Source of the DNA: an uncultured Candidatus Saccharibacteria bacterium
Lineage (GTDB): Bacteria; Patescibacteriota; Saccharimonadia; Saccharimonadales; EFPC-124
Direction: 5' to 3'
Length of the DNA stretch: 39,517 nt
Assembly (NCBI GenBank): GCA_964436805.1
Contig: CAYTEG010000001.1
Coordinates: 1-39,517, forward strand
The position numbers were made by a program, and so were the translations under genes. Under the pieces are notes generated by a model that was not told where the DNA came from, did not search any database, and saw nothing but the letters and a program-made list of their open reading frames with translations. Positions 30,698 through 39,517 of this stretch are shown piece after piece. Within the stretch, counting starts at the first letter, position 1; the number at the start of each line of letters is the position of its first letter.

Positions 30698-31377
30698 CGT
30701 TTTGTGCCCGCCTTTGGCAAAATCCAAAACGCCAAGCTGAGCGCAAACAGCACGGCAAAACCGCACATAATCGACGGGATGCCTTTAATTGTTTCGGGGT
30801 CAACCAAGTTTGCAAGTGTTGTGGGCACAATAAATACTAAATAGCCAATGGCCAAACCCCACAATGCGGCTTTTGTTTTTGGCGTTTGCAGCTTTGCGCA
30901 TAGCCAAATGCCAGCCAGTAGCCAGCCGTAATAATATAGGCCATACAGCCAAGCGGCGTCCGGCGCCACCTGGAAAATAACGTAGTTACCCAGGCACGTA
31001 TTGCCGGTAAGTGCGTAGCCAATGAACAAAAAGAACACAATAAACGCTGCGCCGTTTAAATATGCTGGCCACATAAGCGCACGTTTTTTAGCGCCGGCCA
31101 GGGCGTACGCCAGGTGGATTCCCAGCGGCGGCAGCATGGTAATGGCCACGTAGCCAATGCGGCTGGCGGTGATAGAATCAATCCAGCCGGCCTCGCACAC
31201 GTTATATTCGGCAAGCTGAAAAAGCGCCAAAAAGAACAGCAGCGCGGCGGCCAAACGCCCGACTTCGTTGAGTTTATAGCGCCACAGTGTGTACAATGCC
31301 AAAATAATTTCTATGGCGAACGTCGCCAGCATTACAAACGGCGAAAAACACGAAAGGCGTAAATCACGCAGTTTCAT
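30694..31377 (-). CDS. hypothetical polytopic membrane protein
   Basis: 227 aa with about 7 TM helices. No family recognised. Confidence 0.6.
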   Translation of the reverse strand: MKLRDLRLSCFSPFVMLATFAIEIILALYTLWRYKLNEVGRLAAALLFFLALFQLAEYNVCEAGWIDSITASRIGYVAITMLPPLGIHLAYALAGAKKRALMWPAYLNGAAFIVFFLFIGYALTGNTCLGNYVIFQVAPDAAWLYGLYYYGWLLAGIWLCAKLQTPKTKAALWGLAIGYLVFIVPTTLANLVDPETIKGIPSIMCGFAVLFALSLAFWILPKAGTKR

Positions 31378-31912
31378 TTTTTAAAAACTCCTTTAATTTT
31401 TCGAGTGCTTGCTTGCGGTAAGACGTGTCGGCGTATTCTTGCTCGGTCATTTCGGCGCGGGTTTTGGGCTGACCGTCGTTTATAAAAACGGCGTCGTAGC
31501 CAAAACCGCCGGTGCCGCGCGGTTCGGGCGCGATGCTGCCGTGCATTTCGCCTTCGAAAAAGTGCATTGTTTTGCCGTCGTACAGGGCGTAACAAATGCG
31601 GCCATGCGCCGAGCGGTCGTCGTAACTATTGAGTATTTTACACAGGCCGTCAACGCCCAGCTCTTCTTTAAACCATTTTATGTATGGGCCAGGCAGCTGG
31701 CCGAACGCGGTAAATACTAACTGCGCATCTTCAATTAACACCGGTGACTTTAACACATCGTACGCTTGTTTTGCCTTGTGTGTCACCAGTTGGCGTAGGT
31801 CGAAGGTTTGGATTTCGTCCAAATCAAGCTTGTGGTGCGGTACGTCGGCGCCCAGCCACGCGGCCACATATTTGGCTTTTTCGTCGTTGCCGGTTATGAA
31901 CGTCAAGTTCAC
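31364..31912 (-). CDS. rdgB: non-canonical purine NTP pyrophosphatase (RdgB/HAM1 family)
   Basis: 182 aa with a GTG start in a GTGA overlap. Motifs FITGNDEKAKY, IEDAQL and GTGGFGYDAVF. Confidence 0.87.
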   Translation of the reverse strand: MNLTFITGNDEKAKYVAAWLGADVPHHKLDLDEIQTFDLRQLVTHKAKQAYDVLKSPVLIEDAQLVFTAFGQLPGPYIKWFKEELGVDGLCKILNSYDDRSAHGRICYALYDGKTMHFFEGEMHGSIAPEPRGTGGFGYDAVFINDGQPKTRAEMTEQEYADTSYRKQALEKLKEFLKNETA

Positions 31913-32418
31913 GCCAGCACCTTTTTTTCGGTCTCGAGCATTTCACGGCCGCACACACCAAAAATGGTGTTGTTGCGCAGTTTGGCTTCGCCGGCGGCAA
32001 AGCGCACCGAGTACCATGGGGCGCCGTTGTTTTCGAACTGCCACGTCATATTCGGCTCTTTTTTAAGTGTTGGTTCGATTGGCGCGGCGGTGTAAAAATC
32101 GACGTGGTCTAAGCCAAGAGCGTCGGTCGAGCCCGGCCGGCGCAGCATTAATTTTATAACGCTCAAACCCATGGGCAGCGTTTGGTCGCGCAGGTGCATT
32201 TTGGCAATCCAGCGCTCGTTCATCCACACGTCGAACACTTGGTCGCACAAATTGCGCAGTTCGAGCATTTTGGCAATGTAATCGTCGGGGTCGGCGACTT
32301 TCCAGGCGCAGGCCGTTGGTTTAAGTGCTTCAAAAAAGGCTTTGTCTTGCCGGTTCGCAACTTCGGCCTGCCATTTTTGCTGGTAATCTTGCAAGGCTTT
32401 GGTGATTTCGTCGATCAT
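31909..32418 (-). CDS. hypothetical protein
   Basis: 169 aa soluble protein. It is translationally coupled to rdgB (GTGA overlap) and lies 9 nt downstream of ligA. No motif recognised with confidence. Confidence 0.6.
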   Translation of the reverse strand: MIDEITKALQDYQQKWQAEVANRQDKAFFEALKPTACAWKVADPDDYIAKMLELRNLCDQVFDVWMNERWIAKMHLRDQTLPMGLSVIKLMLRRPGSTDALGLDHVDFYTAAPIEPTLKKEPNMTWQFENNGAPWYSVRFAAGEAKLRNNTIFGVCGREMLETEKKVLA

Positions 32419-32427
32419 AGGCTCCCC

Positions 32428-34446
32428 CTACTTTGAGTTGATTATAGCAAGCAGCGCGTCTTCGTCGATGATTTTTGTGCCCAATTTTTCGGCTTTGGTT
32501 ACTTTGCTGGCGCCGGGGTTGTCGCCCAACACCAAGTACGTGGTTGTTTTGCCAACCGAACTTTGGAACGTTCCCCCAAGCGAGCGAATTTTTTCGGCCG
32601 CGGCTTCGCGCTCCATATTGAGCGTGCCGCTAATCACAAAACTTTGGCCGTCAAGCGGGCCGCCGGTGCGCGTGACTTTTTGCGGCGCCACGCCGGCATT
32701 TGCAAATTTGGCGAGCAGTTGTTGGTTTGTTTCGGTCGCAAACCACGTAACAATGCTTTCGGCAACCACTTGGCCCACGCCTTCAACCTGCTGTAGTTCG
32801 TCAACCGTGGCTTCGCCAAGTTTTTGCAGCGAGCCAAAATGGTTGGCTAAATCAACCGCGGTTTGCGCGCCAACCTGGCGAATGCCAAGGCCGTATACAA
32901 AATGTGCCAGGCTAGGGTTCTTTTTTTCGGCAATTGCCGCCACTAATTTGCTGGCCGAGATTTCGGCAAAGCGGTCGAGCGTCAGCAGTTGCTCTTTGGT
33001 CAGGCTATACAAATCGGCCGAATCGCGGATTAATTTGGCGTCGAGCAGCGCCAACACATTTTTTTCGCCCATGCCTTCAATGTCGAGCGCCGCCTTACTG
33101 GCATAATGCTGAATTTGGTTGTGTACGCGCGCCGGGCAGTGGTTGTTGGGGCAGCGCCACACGGCGTCGTCGGCTTTTACTTTGATAAGTTCGGTGCTGC
33201 ATTCGGGGCATTTTTTGGGCATGACAAACTGCGGTTCGCGGCCTGCGCGCAGTGTTTTGAGCGATTCCACAACTTCGGGGATAATATCGCCGGCTTTGTG
33301 CACAATCACCGTGTCGCCCACACGCACGTCTTTGCGCAAAACTTCGCCTTCGTTGTGCAGTGTTGCCATTTGCACCGTGCTGCCCGCCACCACCACAGGC
33401 TCCAAAACGGCTACCGGTGTTGCCGCGCCAGTGCGGCCAATACTTATAAAAATGTCTTTCACTTTTGTGGTGGCTTGCTCGGCCGGGTATTTGTAGGCCA
33501 CGGCGCCGCGCGGCGCTTTGCCGACCACGCCAAGGTACGCAAATGTTTGGCGGTCGTTTACTTTTACCACCAAGCCGTCGGTGTTAAACGTCAGTTTGTG
33601 GCGGCGGTCTTCCCAGTGGTGGGCGAATTCCATAACTTTGGCAATGCTCGGCAACACCGCAGCGTGTTTGTTGGCAAACAGCCCAATGCTGCGGATGATT
33701 TCGTAAGCGTCGGCATACGTTGGCACATCGGTGGGGTTGTCGCGGATGATTTCCCACGCCACAAATTGCAGCGGCCGGGCGGCCACTAATTTGGGGTCGA
33801 GCTGACGCACCGTGCCCGCCGCCAAGTTGCGCGGGTTGGCAAATAGTGGTAATCCCTGCTTTTCGCGCGCGGCGTTTAATTTGGAAAACGCGTCTTTAAA
33901 CATCACAATTTCGCCGCGGACTTCGGTGCGGCCGTGCAAAAATGCTGCGTATTTTTTTGTAGCACGTAAACGCAGCGGAATAGATTCGATCGTTTTAACG
34001 TTTTGCGTCACGTCCTCGCCCACCGTGCCATTGCCGCGGGTCACGCCGCGCACCAACGCGCCGTCTTCGTATATTAATGAGCACGCCAGGCCGTCCATTT
34101 TGGTGTCGGCAAAAAACTCCAGCTTAGCTTGCGGCGCCAGTTTTTTAACGCGCTCCTCCCAGGCTTTTAGCTCGGCTTCGTCAAAAACGTCGTTTAAGCT
34201 GAGCATGCGCGTTTTGTGCTCAAAGCTCACAAACTGCGGCAGGGGCGCGCCGGCCACGCGTTGGGTTGGCGAATCAGGGGTAATAAGTTCGGGGAAGGTA
34301 TCTTCGAGCTCGGCACGTTCGTGCTTTAAGCCATCGGCTGCCGACTCGCTCATAATCGAATTGTTATTTACGTGGTATTCGTAGCGGTAGTCGTTTATAA
34401 GCTCGCGCAGTTTTGCAATGCGCGCCGCTGCTTGCGCTTTGGTCAT
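32428..34446 (-). CDS. ligA: NAD-dependent DNA ligase
   Basis: 672 aa from ATG 34446 (MTKAQAAARIAKLRELINDYRYEYHV), which forms an ATGA overlap with the upstream gene. Adenylation motif KMDG. Zn finger CPECSTEL...CPNNHCPA. HhH repeats and a C-terminal BRCT domain (GQSFVISGTL...). Confidence 0.95.
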   Translation of the reverse strand: MTKAQAAARIAKLRELINDYRYEYHVNNNSIMSESAADGLKHERAELEDTFPELITPDSPTQRVAGAPLPQFVSFEHKTRMLSLNDVFDEAELKAWEERVKKLAPQAKLEFFADTKMDGLACSLIYEDGALVRGVTRGNGTVGEDVTQNVKTIESIPLRLRATKKYAAFLHGRTEVRGEIVMFKDAFSKLNAAREKQGLPLFANPRNLAAGTVRQLDPKLVAARPLQFVAWEIIRDNPTDVPTYADAYEIIRSIGLFANKHAAVLPSIAKVMEFAHHWEDRRHKLTFNTDGLVVKVNDRQTFAYLGVVGKAPRGAVAYKYPAEQATTKVKDIFISIGRTGAATPVAVLEPVVVAGSTVQMATLHNEGEVLRKDVRVGDTVIVHKAGDIIPEVVESLKTLRAGREPQFVMPKKCPECSTELIKVKADDAVWRCPNNHCPARVHNQIQHYASKAALDIEGMGEKNVLALLDAKLIRDSADLYSLTKEQLLTLDRFAEISASKLVAAIAEKKNPSLAHFVYGLGIRQVGAQTAVDLANHFGSLQKLGEATVDELQQVEGVGQVVAESIVTWFATETNQQLLAKFANAGVAPQKVTRTGGPLDGQSFVISGTLNMEREAAAEKIRSLGGTFQSSVGKTTTYLVLGDNPGASKVTKAEKLGTKIIDEDALLAIINSK

Positions 34447-35420
34447 AACATGCTCCGGTACAAACGGTACACGTACGTGCCCAAATAAATAACCGTAAAG
34501 GCGCTTAATATTTGCACGATGGTGGGGATGATCGGCAACCATTCGAGCCGCAACATGCTGTCGAGCAACAGCGCAGGCAGCAAACAAACGACCCAGGTTA
34601 CAAATAATATTGCCGCAAGCGCCAACACATGGCCAACCATGCGCACCCGCCGGCCGACAGCCAGTTCGCTGGCAATTTGCAGCGCGCGCCAGGGGTACAT
34701 TTGCGGCAGCGTCGCGACTACCAAGGCGGTAAACGACGTCGCAAACCAGTAAATCGACAAACAACAGAGCAAAAAGGCGGCGGCGGCAAACATCATCACC
34801 TCGACCCCGCTATGTAAAAAACTGCCCGACTGCGCCGCGTTAAACACAAATAAGCCAACAGCGCCCGGCGACAACTGTAAAATAATGTACAAACCAACCA
34901 CAAGGTAGGCCGCAAAAGGCGCGCCAGCGCTGTAAATGGCGTCGCGGGCTTTTATTTTTTGGTCGGCAAAACGCATGCGCAGCAGCCAAACGATCGTCAG
35001 CCAAAAATATATGGCGAGCAGCACCGACAAAAACTGCTGCAGTTCGCTGAGCTCGCCATTAAATGCGCCCGACATGGTAGAGGTAAGCAACGACACGGCC
35101 GTGCCAAGCGAGTTAATACTGCCGCCAAGCACCTCGAGCGTGGCGTTACGCAACTCGACAAAATCGGCCTGCGCCACACCGCCCACAAACAAATACGTAA
35201 TGATTATATAAATGAGTGCGACGCGCCAAAACAGCCGCTTTTCGTGCCAAATTGTCTTAAATGACTCGACGGTGTTTTGCTTAATGCCTACCAGCGCCGG
35301 TTTTTTAAACGGCGTGCGGGTTTTGCGGAAACTGCGGTGCGGGTGCGAGGCCAAAAACGCCTTGCGCTTTTTGCGCGCCCACTTTTTTAATTGCGAGAGT
35401 TTTTGTTTGATCTGTTTCAT
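34443..35420 (-). CDS. hypothetical polytopic membrane protein
   Basis: 325 aa with a basic N-terminus and about 6 TM helices. It shares 1 nt with the htpX stop (TAATG) and 4 nt with the ligA start. Confidence 0.62.
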   Translation of the reverse strand: MKQIKQKLSQLKKWARKKRKAFLASHPHRSFRKTRTPFKKPALVGIKQNTVESFKTIWHEKRLFWRVALIYIIITYLFVGGVAQADFVELRNATLEVLGGSINSLGTAVSLLTSTMSGAFNGELSELQQFLSVLLAIYFWLTIVWLLRMRFADQKIKARDAIYSAGAPFAAYLVVGLYIILQLSPGAVGLFVFNAAQSGSFLHSGVEVMMFAAAAFLLCCLSIYWFATSFTALVVATLPQMYPWRALQIASELAVGRRVRMVGHVLALAAILFVTWVVCLLPALLLDSMLRLEWLPIIPTIVQILSAFTVIYLGTYVYRLYRSML

Positions 35421-36295
35421 TATAATTTTGTGCCCATTGTCTCGAGCCGCGCAATGCGGTCGGCGATTGGCGGGTGCGTGCTTAGTAAGCGCATAAGCCC
35501 GTTGCCTTTAAGCGGGTTTGCAAAAAACAAGTGGGCGGTTGAGGTGTTTTGGCGTTTGGTGGCCGAGCCGTGGGCCTCGATTTTTTTAAGCGCGCTCACC
35601 AGCCCCAGCGGATGGCGCGTTGTCATGGCGCTGGTGCCATCGGCCAAATATTCGCGCTGTCGCGAAACCGCAAGCTGCACCAAAAGCGCGACCGCAGGCG
35701 CCAAAATAGCGGCGGCAAACGCCAAGGCCATAACGAAAGGGTTGTTGTTTTCGCGGTCGTCACCCCGCCACCACAACATGTGCATTAACATGTCGGCGAT
35801 AAAACCAATGGCGCTCACCAAGCCAAACACGATCATCATGACCCGAATGTCATAGTTTTGCACGTGGCCGAGTTCGTGCGCCATAACGGCTTCGAGCTCG
35901 GTGTCGGTCATGATTTCGAGCAAACCGGTTGTTGCACACACCACCGCATGTTTAGGGTCGCGGCCGGTGGCAAAGGCGTTAAGCGCGGGGTCGTCAATAA
36001 CATACACTTTTGGCATCGGCATACCAGTGGTGATCGCCAGGTTTTCGACGGTGCGGTACAAGCGCGGGTTGTCGCGTTTTTGGATTTCGTGGGCGCCATT
36101 GACTGCCAGCGCAATGTTGGCGGCGGCAAAATACTCAACCAAAACATATATTGCCGTGACAATAAATGCCAGGTAAAAATAGCTTAAATTGTTGTATATT
36201 GCGCTAAAAATCCAGGCAAATAGCGCAATAATGGCGACAAAAATCGCCATTATGAGCACTGTTTTGCGTTTATTCGCGGCAATTGCGGTATACAT
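35420..36295 (-). CDS. htpX: M48 family zinc metalloprotease HtpX
   Basis: HEXXH motif in MAHELGHVQNYD, four TM helices and the C-terminal LSTHPPIADRIARL. Confidence 0.9.
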   Translation of the reverse strand: MYTAIAANKRKTVLIMAIFVAIIALFAWIFSAIYNNLSYFYLAFIVTAIYVLVEYFAAANIALAVNGAHEIQKRDNPRLYRTVENLAITTGMPMPKVYVIDDPALNAFATGRDPKHAVVCATTGLLEIMTDTELEAVMAHELGHVQNYDIRVMMIVFGLVSAIGFIADMLMHMLWWRGDDRENNNPFVMALAFAAAILAPAVALLVQLAVSRQREYLADGTSAMTTRHPLGLVSALKKIEAHGSATKRQNTSTAHLFFANPLKGNGLMRLLSTHPPIADRIARLETMGTKL

Positions 36296-36322
36296 AGGTC
36301 GCCTCCGTATGCGGAGCTATGG

Positions 36323-36880
36323 TTAGAACTTAACTTCGACTGGCTTTTCGACGGTGGCGTGGTCTTCGACTTCGTAAAAGTCGCGCTGTTTAAAGCCAAA
36401 CATGCCGGCAATCAAGTTAGAAGGAAAGGTGTTGATCTTGATGTTAAGTTCGCGGGCAGAACCGTTGTAAAAGCGGCGCGAAGCCATAATTTTGTCTTCG
36501 GTGTCGGTAAGTTCGGCCTGCAACTGCTGGAAGTTTTGGTTTGCCTTGAGGTCGGGGTAGGCTTCAGAAACAGCAAACAAGCTTTTAAGCGCGCCTTCGA
36601 ACTGGTTTTCGGCCTCGGCGGTTTGCTTGACGCCCTGGGCGTTAAGCGCGCTGGCGCGGGCTTCGGTGACCTTTTCGAAGACCTCTTTTTCGTGGGTGGC
36701 GTAGCCTTTTACGGTGTTAATAAGGTTTGGAATTAAATCTAGACGGCGTTTAAGCTGTACGGTAATGTCGCTCCAGGCTTCGTCGACGCGCACTTTTGTT
36801 TTAACTAAACCGTTATAAATGCCAACAATAACAACGACGACAATCAGTACGACTGCAAGGATGATCCACATGAGTTCCAT
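36323..36880 (-). CDS. lemA: LemA family protein
   Basis: 185 aa. An N-terminal TM helix followed by YNGLV..., RRLDLIPNL, HEKEVFEKVTEARA and RRFYNGSARELN, all typical LemA features. The LemA-HtpX pairing is common. Confidence 0.9.
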   Translation of the reverse strand: MELMWIILAVVLIVVVVIVGIYNGLVKTKVRVDEAWSDITVQLKRRLDLIPNLINTVKGYATHEKEVFEKVTEARASALNAQGVKQTAEAENQFEGALKSLFAVSEAYPDLKANQNFQQLQAELTDTEDKIMASRRFYNGSARELNIKINTFPSNLIAGMFGFKQRDFYEVEDHATVEKPVEVKF

Positions 36881-36979
36881 GAGTAATATACTCCTGTTAG
36901 GTTATAGTTTAATTATAGCCTAAGCTACATAATTGTACAGCTGAAACTTTTACGTAATCGCAGCCGTATACTAACCGCA

Positions 36980-37498
36980 ATGAACGAAACCAACGTTATT
37001 AAACAAGTCCTTGCCGGTGACACCAATGCTTACGAGCATTTGGTTGCCCGCTACCACGTGGGTTTGATTATCCACTGTGAACGCCTGGTTGGCGACCGCG
37101 ATAACGCCGAAGACATTGCCCAAGAAGCCTTTATTAAAGCATTTAACACCTTGGGTAATTTTGATTCTGGCCGCGCGCGGTTTAGCACCTGGCTGTATAA
37201 AATTGCAACCAATAAAGCGATTGACCACTTACGGGCGAGCAAACGCAAAGTGCCTGTTGAAGATATTGAACTCGTGTCCGACCACGCCGCCCCCGATTAC
37301 GAAGCCGACGAAACAAAGCGCGAAGTACGCGACGCAGTCACCAAACTGCAGCCGCCTACCTACCGTCAAGTTATCGAAGCCTACTACTGGGAAGGCCAAA
37401 GCTACGAGCAAATTGCGGAGTCGCATAACATCCCTATTAATACCGTGCGCACCTGGCTGCGCCGGGCAAAGCAACAATTAAGGAGCGACCTGTCATGA
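36980..37498 (+). CDS. ECF-type RNA polymerase sigma factor (sigma-70 family group 4)
   Basis: 172 aa. Region 2 (NAEDIAQEAFIKAF...FSTWLYKIATNKAIDHLR) and region 4 (YRQVIEAYYWEGQSYEQIAESHNIPINTVRTWLRRAKQQL). Confidence 0.9.
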   Translation: MNETNVIKQVLAGDTNAYEHLVARYHVGLIIHCERLVGDRDNAEDIAQEAFIKAFNTLGNFDSGRARFSTWLYKIATNKAIDHLRASKRKVPVEDIELVSDHAAPDYEADETKREVRDAVTKLQPPTYRQVIEAYYWEGQSYEQIAESHNIPINTVRTWLRRAKQQLRSDLS

Positions 37499-38760
37499 AA
37501 GATTATACTTTCGATGCCAAAATCGTCGCTGCGAGCCCATACAGCGACAAAATAAACAGCTTCGTAAAACAAACTATGCAGCAAATTAACCGCGCACATC
37601 CGCCAAAAAAGCAAAGCTTTGTTTTGTGGGCGCAATTACACAAACCGGCGTTTGCACTGCTCGCCTTTATCGCAGTGGTGCTGCTTGGCAGCGCTGTGTA
37701 CGCCGCCGTGCATTTTGCACCCGCGTTCGTACAACTGCTTGGCAAAGAAACAAACCAGCGCGGCGCAACCGAATATTCGATTGCCGGCTTTGGCGACTGC
37801 GCCAAAAACGACGGCCCGGCCTTAAAACGGCTCGAAGTTAAAAAAGACGCCAACCTCAGCGACGACGAAGTGCATAAAATATTGCAAGCTCGCTGCGAAA
37901 TGCTTTGGCTGCAGAATTTTCCTGGCAAAGTTTGGCCAACCACCGGCACCAACGCCGAGTGGAAGGACGGCGACACCATTTACTACACCCGCCTCGACAT
38001 GTTGGGCGGCTATAAAAATGGTGACCAAAACCACGCCACGATTGATTTTGGTGGGAACGTTGTCGAGCACACACCACCTAACGGCGAAAAAATACGCGCC
38101 TTTGCCGCTGGCGAAGAAATCCAGCTTGGCGGCCTTAAACCAGGCGACACGGTGTTTACCATTAGCCGCGTCAGCGAAACCTACCACGAAATGAAGGGCG
38201 CAGTGTTCAACAAATCGATGAACCAGCTTAACGTCTACCCCAGCGAACAGCCAAAAGTCATCGGCTTGGTCGCCCTGTTTAAAATGAGCCTGCCGTTAGA
38301 CTACTACATAGAAAAGCAGATGTACGTGACCGAAGTCCCGGAGTGCCCGGGCAACCCTGGCGAGCTCTGCCCTAACACCGCCAGCGTCGACGTCTACCCC
38401 CGTGCCGGTGGCGAAGGTGCAAGCAACCCCTACCGCACGCCTTTCACCGAATCAAACATTATGCGCCAAATTAGCGGCACCGTCACCCAACTGGGCGACG
38501 ACACGCTCACGCTCAAATCGCGCAGCGGCAAAACATACACCGTCACGGTTGGCGACGCCGGGTTTAAAGACTACAACCAAAACTACACCCAAGCCTACGG
38601 CAGCGAAGACGTCACCTTGCGGGTTGGCAGCACCGTGCAAATAATATACGTGCAGGCGCAAAACGACGACGTCACGAAAATCACAAAACAGCAAGTTGAA
38701 AGGGTGACATTACAACTCGACTCGCTCAACCCTAAAAAAGATACGATAAAACAGTACTAG
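37495..38760 (+). CDS. putative anti-sigma factor / membrane-anchored extracytoplasmic protein
   Basis: 421 aa in an ATGA overlap with the sigma gene. A short cytoplasmic N-terminus, one TM helix (FALLAFIAVVLLGSAVYAAV) and an outside domain of about 340 aa. No zinc-binding HxxxCxxC motif, so the anti-sigma role rests on position only. Confidence 0.6.
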   Translation: MKDYTFDAKIVAASPYSDKINSFVKQTMQQINRAHPPKKQSFVLWAQLHKPAFALLAFIAVVLLGSAVYAAVHFAPAFVQLLGKETNQRGATEYSIAGFGDCAKNDGPALKRLEVKKDANLSDDEVHKILQARCEMLWLQNFPGKVWPTTGTNAEWKDGDTIYYTRLDMLGGYKNGDQNHATIDFGGNVVEHTPPNGEKIRAFAAGEEIQLGGLKPGDTVFTISRVSETYHEMKGAVFNKSMNQLNVYPSEQPKVIGLVALFKMSLPLDYYIEKQMYVTEVPECPGNPGELCPNTASVDVYPRAGGEGASNPYRTPFTESNIMRQISGTVTQLGDDTLTLKSRSGKTYTVTVGDAGFKDYNQNYTQAYGSEDVTLRVGSTVQIIYVQAQNDDVTKITKQQVERVTLQLDSLNPKKDTIKQY

Positions 38761-38780
38761 CAACAAAAAAAGTTCTGCAT

Positions 38781-38810
38781 AAAATACCAGCCGTCGTGGC
38801 TGGTATTTTT
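38781..38810 (+). terminator. intrinsic terminator
   Basis: AAAATACCAGCC, a loop, then GGCTGGTAT plus T5. Confidence 0.6.
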
Positions 38811-38811
38811 A

Positions 38812-38840
38812 TTGTAAAAGCTAGTCTTTTGTTATATAAT
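38812..38840 (+). promoter_or_regulatory. near-consensus sigma70-type promoter for cassette 6
   Basis: TTGTAA (38812-38817), a 17 nt spacer, then TATAAT (38835-38840). Confidence 0.5.
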
Positions 38841-38911
38841 ATTAAAGCTTTAGCCACCCTGTGGCTTAATGCACAGGGTACAGGCACCGAGACGATTGGG
38901 AGACCTCAGCA

Positions 38912-39460
38912 ATGACCGACTCCATCCCCACCGCCAAAGCGTTCGCGCAGTTGCTCGAACGCGCCCAGCGGGGACGCAAGCGCACCGCCCGCGAGATCAC
39001 GGGCGACGCCGCGAGCAGCGCAGCCGACATCGTCGGCACCGGCGAGCAGTACACCAACCGCTACGCCGTGCCGGACGACTGCAGCGTGTTCCCGCGGCAC
39101 CACACCACGGCCGCCAGCCGGATCGACGTGTACGCGCATGACGACGGAACCCTGGTGGTGTACGCGGCGCTCACCTGGCAGACCGAGACGGCGACGCACC
39201 GGATCGCGACGCGCTACCGCATCACGGCCGAAGGCGACGGCGTCGTTGCCATCGTGACGACGCTGGCGGACGACATCACGCCGTTCAAGCCGGGCGAGAT
39301 CGACACTGACGCCGCGACGGCGTACCAGGCCAAGGTGAGCAACTGGCTGGCCGAAAACGCGGCCAACTCCATCACCCTCGGCGCGGTGCGGGGAACGCTC
39401 GACCAGCAGAGCCTGGCCGACTTCGCCATGATGATCACCACGACCCCGTCCGACCTGTAG
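38912..39460 (+). CDS. hypothetical protein (high-GC cassette 6)
   Basis: 182 aa with GGGAGA upstream of the ATG. GC-rich with G/C-ending codons; no domain recognised. Confidence 0.6.
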   Translation: MTDSIPTAKAFAQLLERAQRGRKRTAREITGDAASSAADIVGTGEQYTNRYAVPDDCSVFPRHHTTAASRIDVYAHDDGTLVVYAALTWQTETATHRIATRYRITAEGDGVVAIVTTLADDITPFKPGEIDTDAATAYQAKVSNWLAENAANSITLGAVRGTLDQQSLADFAMMITTTPSDL

Positions 39461-39517
39461 CCGACCCGCGTGCAGCGGCCCCCATACCCCCGGGCCCCCG
39501 CCCCCCACCAAAAACAA

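Noticed and set aside
34447-34764. A 106-codon N-terminal extension of the ligA ORF. Analogous extensions occur on leuS (25186-25260), sodN (9797-9883), the polyprenyl synthase (6073-6114) and the 28999 gene (29452-29529).
   Set aside because: The extensions overlap upstream genes or AT-rich promoter and leader DNA, and they lack family-typical sequence. The internal starts have SD sites or ATGA-type coupling and give canonical N-termini.

Overview
This is a gene-dense 39.5 kb chromosomal segment with mostly short intergenic regions and many 1-32 nt gene overlaps. The backbone is about 50% GC by hand counts of sample lines and is mainly housekeeping genes.

Backbone content:
- A type IV pilus block: prepilin, pilC, pilB and a CheY-like receiver.
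- A polyprenyl synthase next to a possible divergent terpene synthase.
- A nickel superoxide dismutase gene with its maturation peptidase (sodN-sodX).
- trmD, then a substrate-binding protein, a Cache/PAS histidine kinase and a receiver.
- A KH (YlqC-like) protein, rpsP, rnc, a NUDIX hydrolase, nusB and an rpmF-like small ORF that is absent from the ORF track.
- leuS, murF, an RNA methyltransferase, rdgB, ligA, htpX-lemA, and an ECF sigma factor with a putative anti-sigma partner.
- tRNA-Gln(CUG) and tRNA-Ala(GGC).

I saw no rRNA, CRISPR array, transposase, integrase or phage structural genes.

Most unusual signals:
- Seven ORFs are much GC-richer (about 62-77% in sampled lines) and use almost only AAG for lysine. 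They form six insertions, each with AT-rich sigma70-like promoter hexamers, and all but the window-end one are followed by a hairpin. They sit between, or split, conserved housekeeping neighbours. Two of them are tandem paralogs ending in an RpoA alpha-CTD-like helix-hairpin-helix domain.
- LeuRS carries an inserted domain of about 145 aa with a perfect Nudix box.
- A promoter-to-terminator unit with no ORF (candidate sRNA) and two long structured hairpin elements.

The gene content is compatible with a reduced-genome bacterium (Patescibacteria/Saccharibacteria-like), but that lineage call is only an inference. All functional calls rest on motifs read by eye; no database search was possible.
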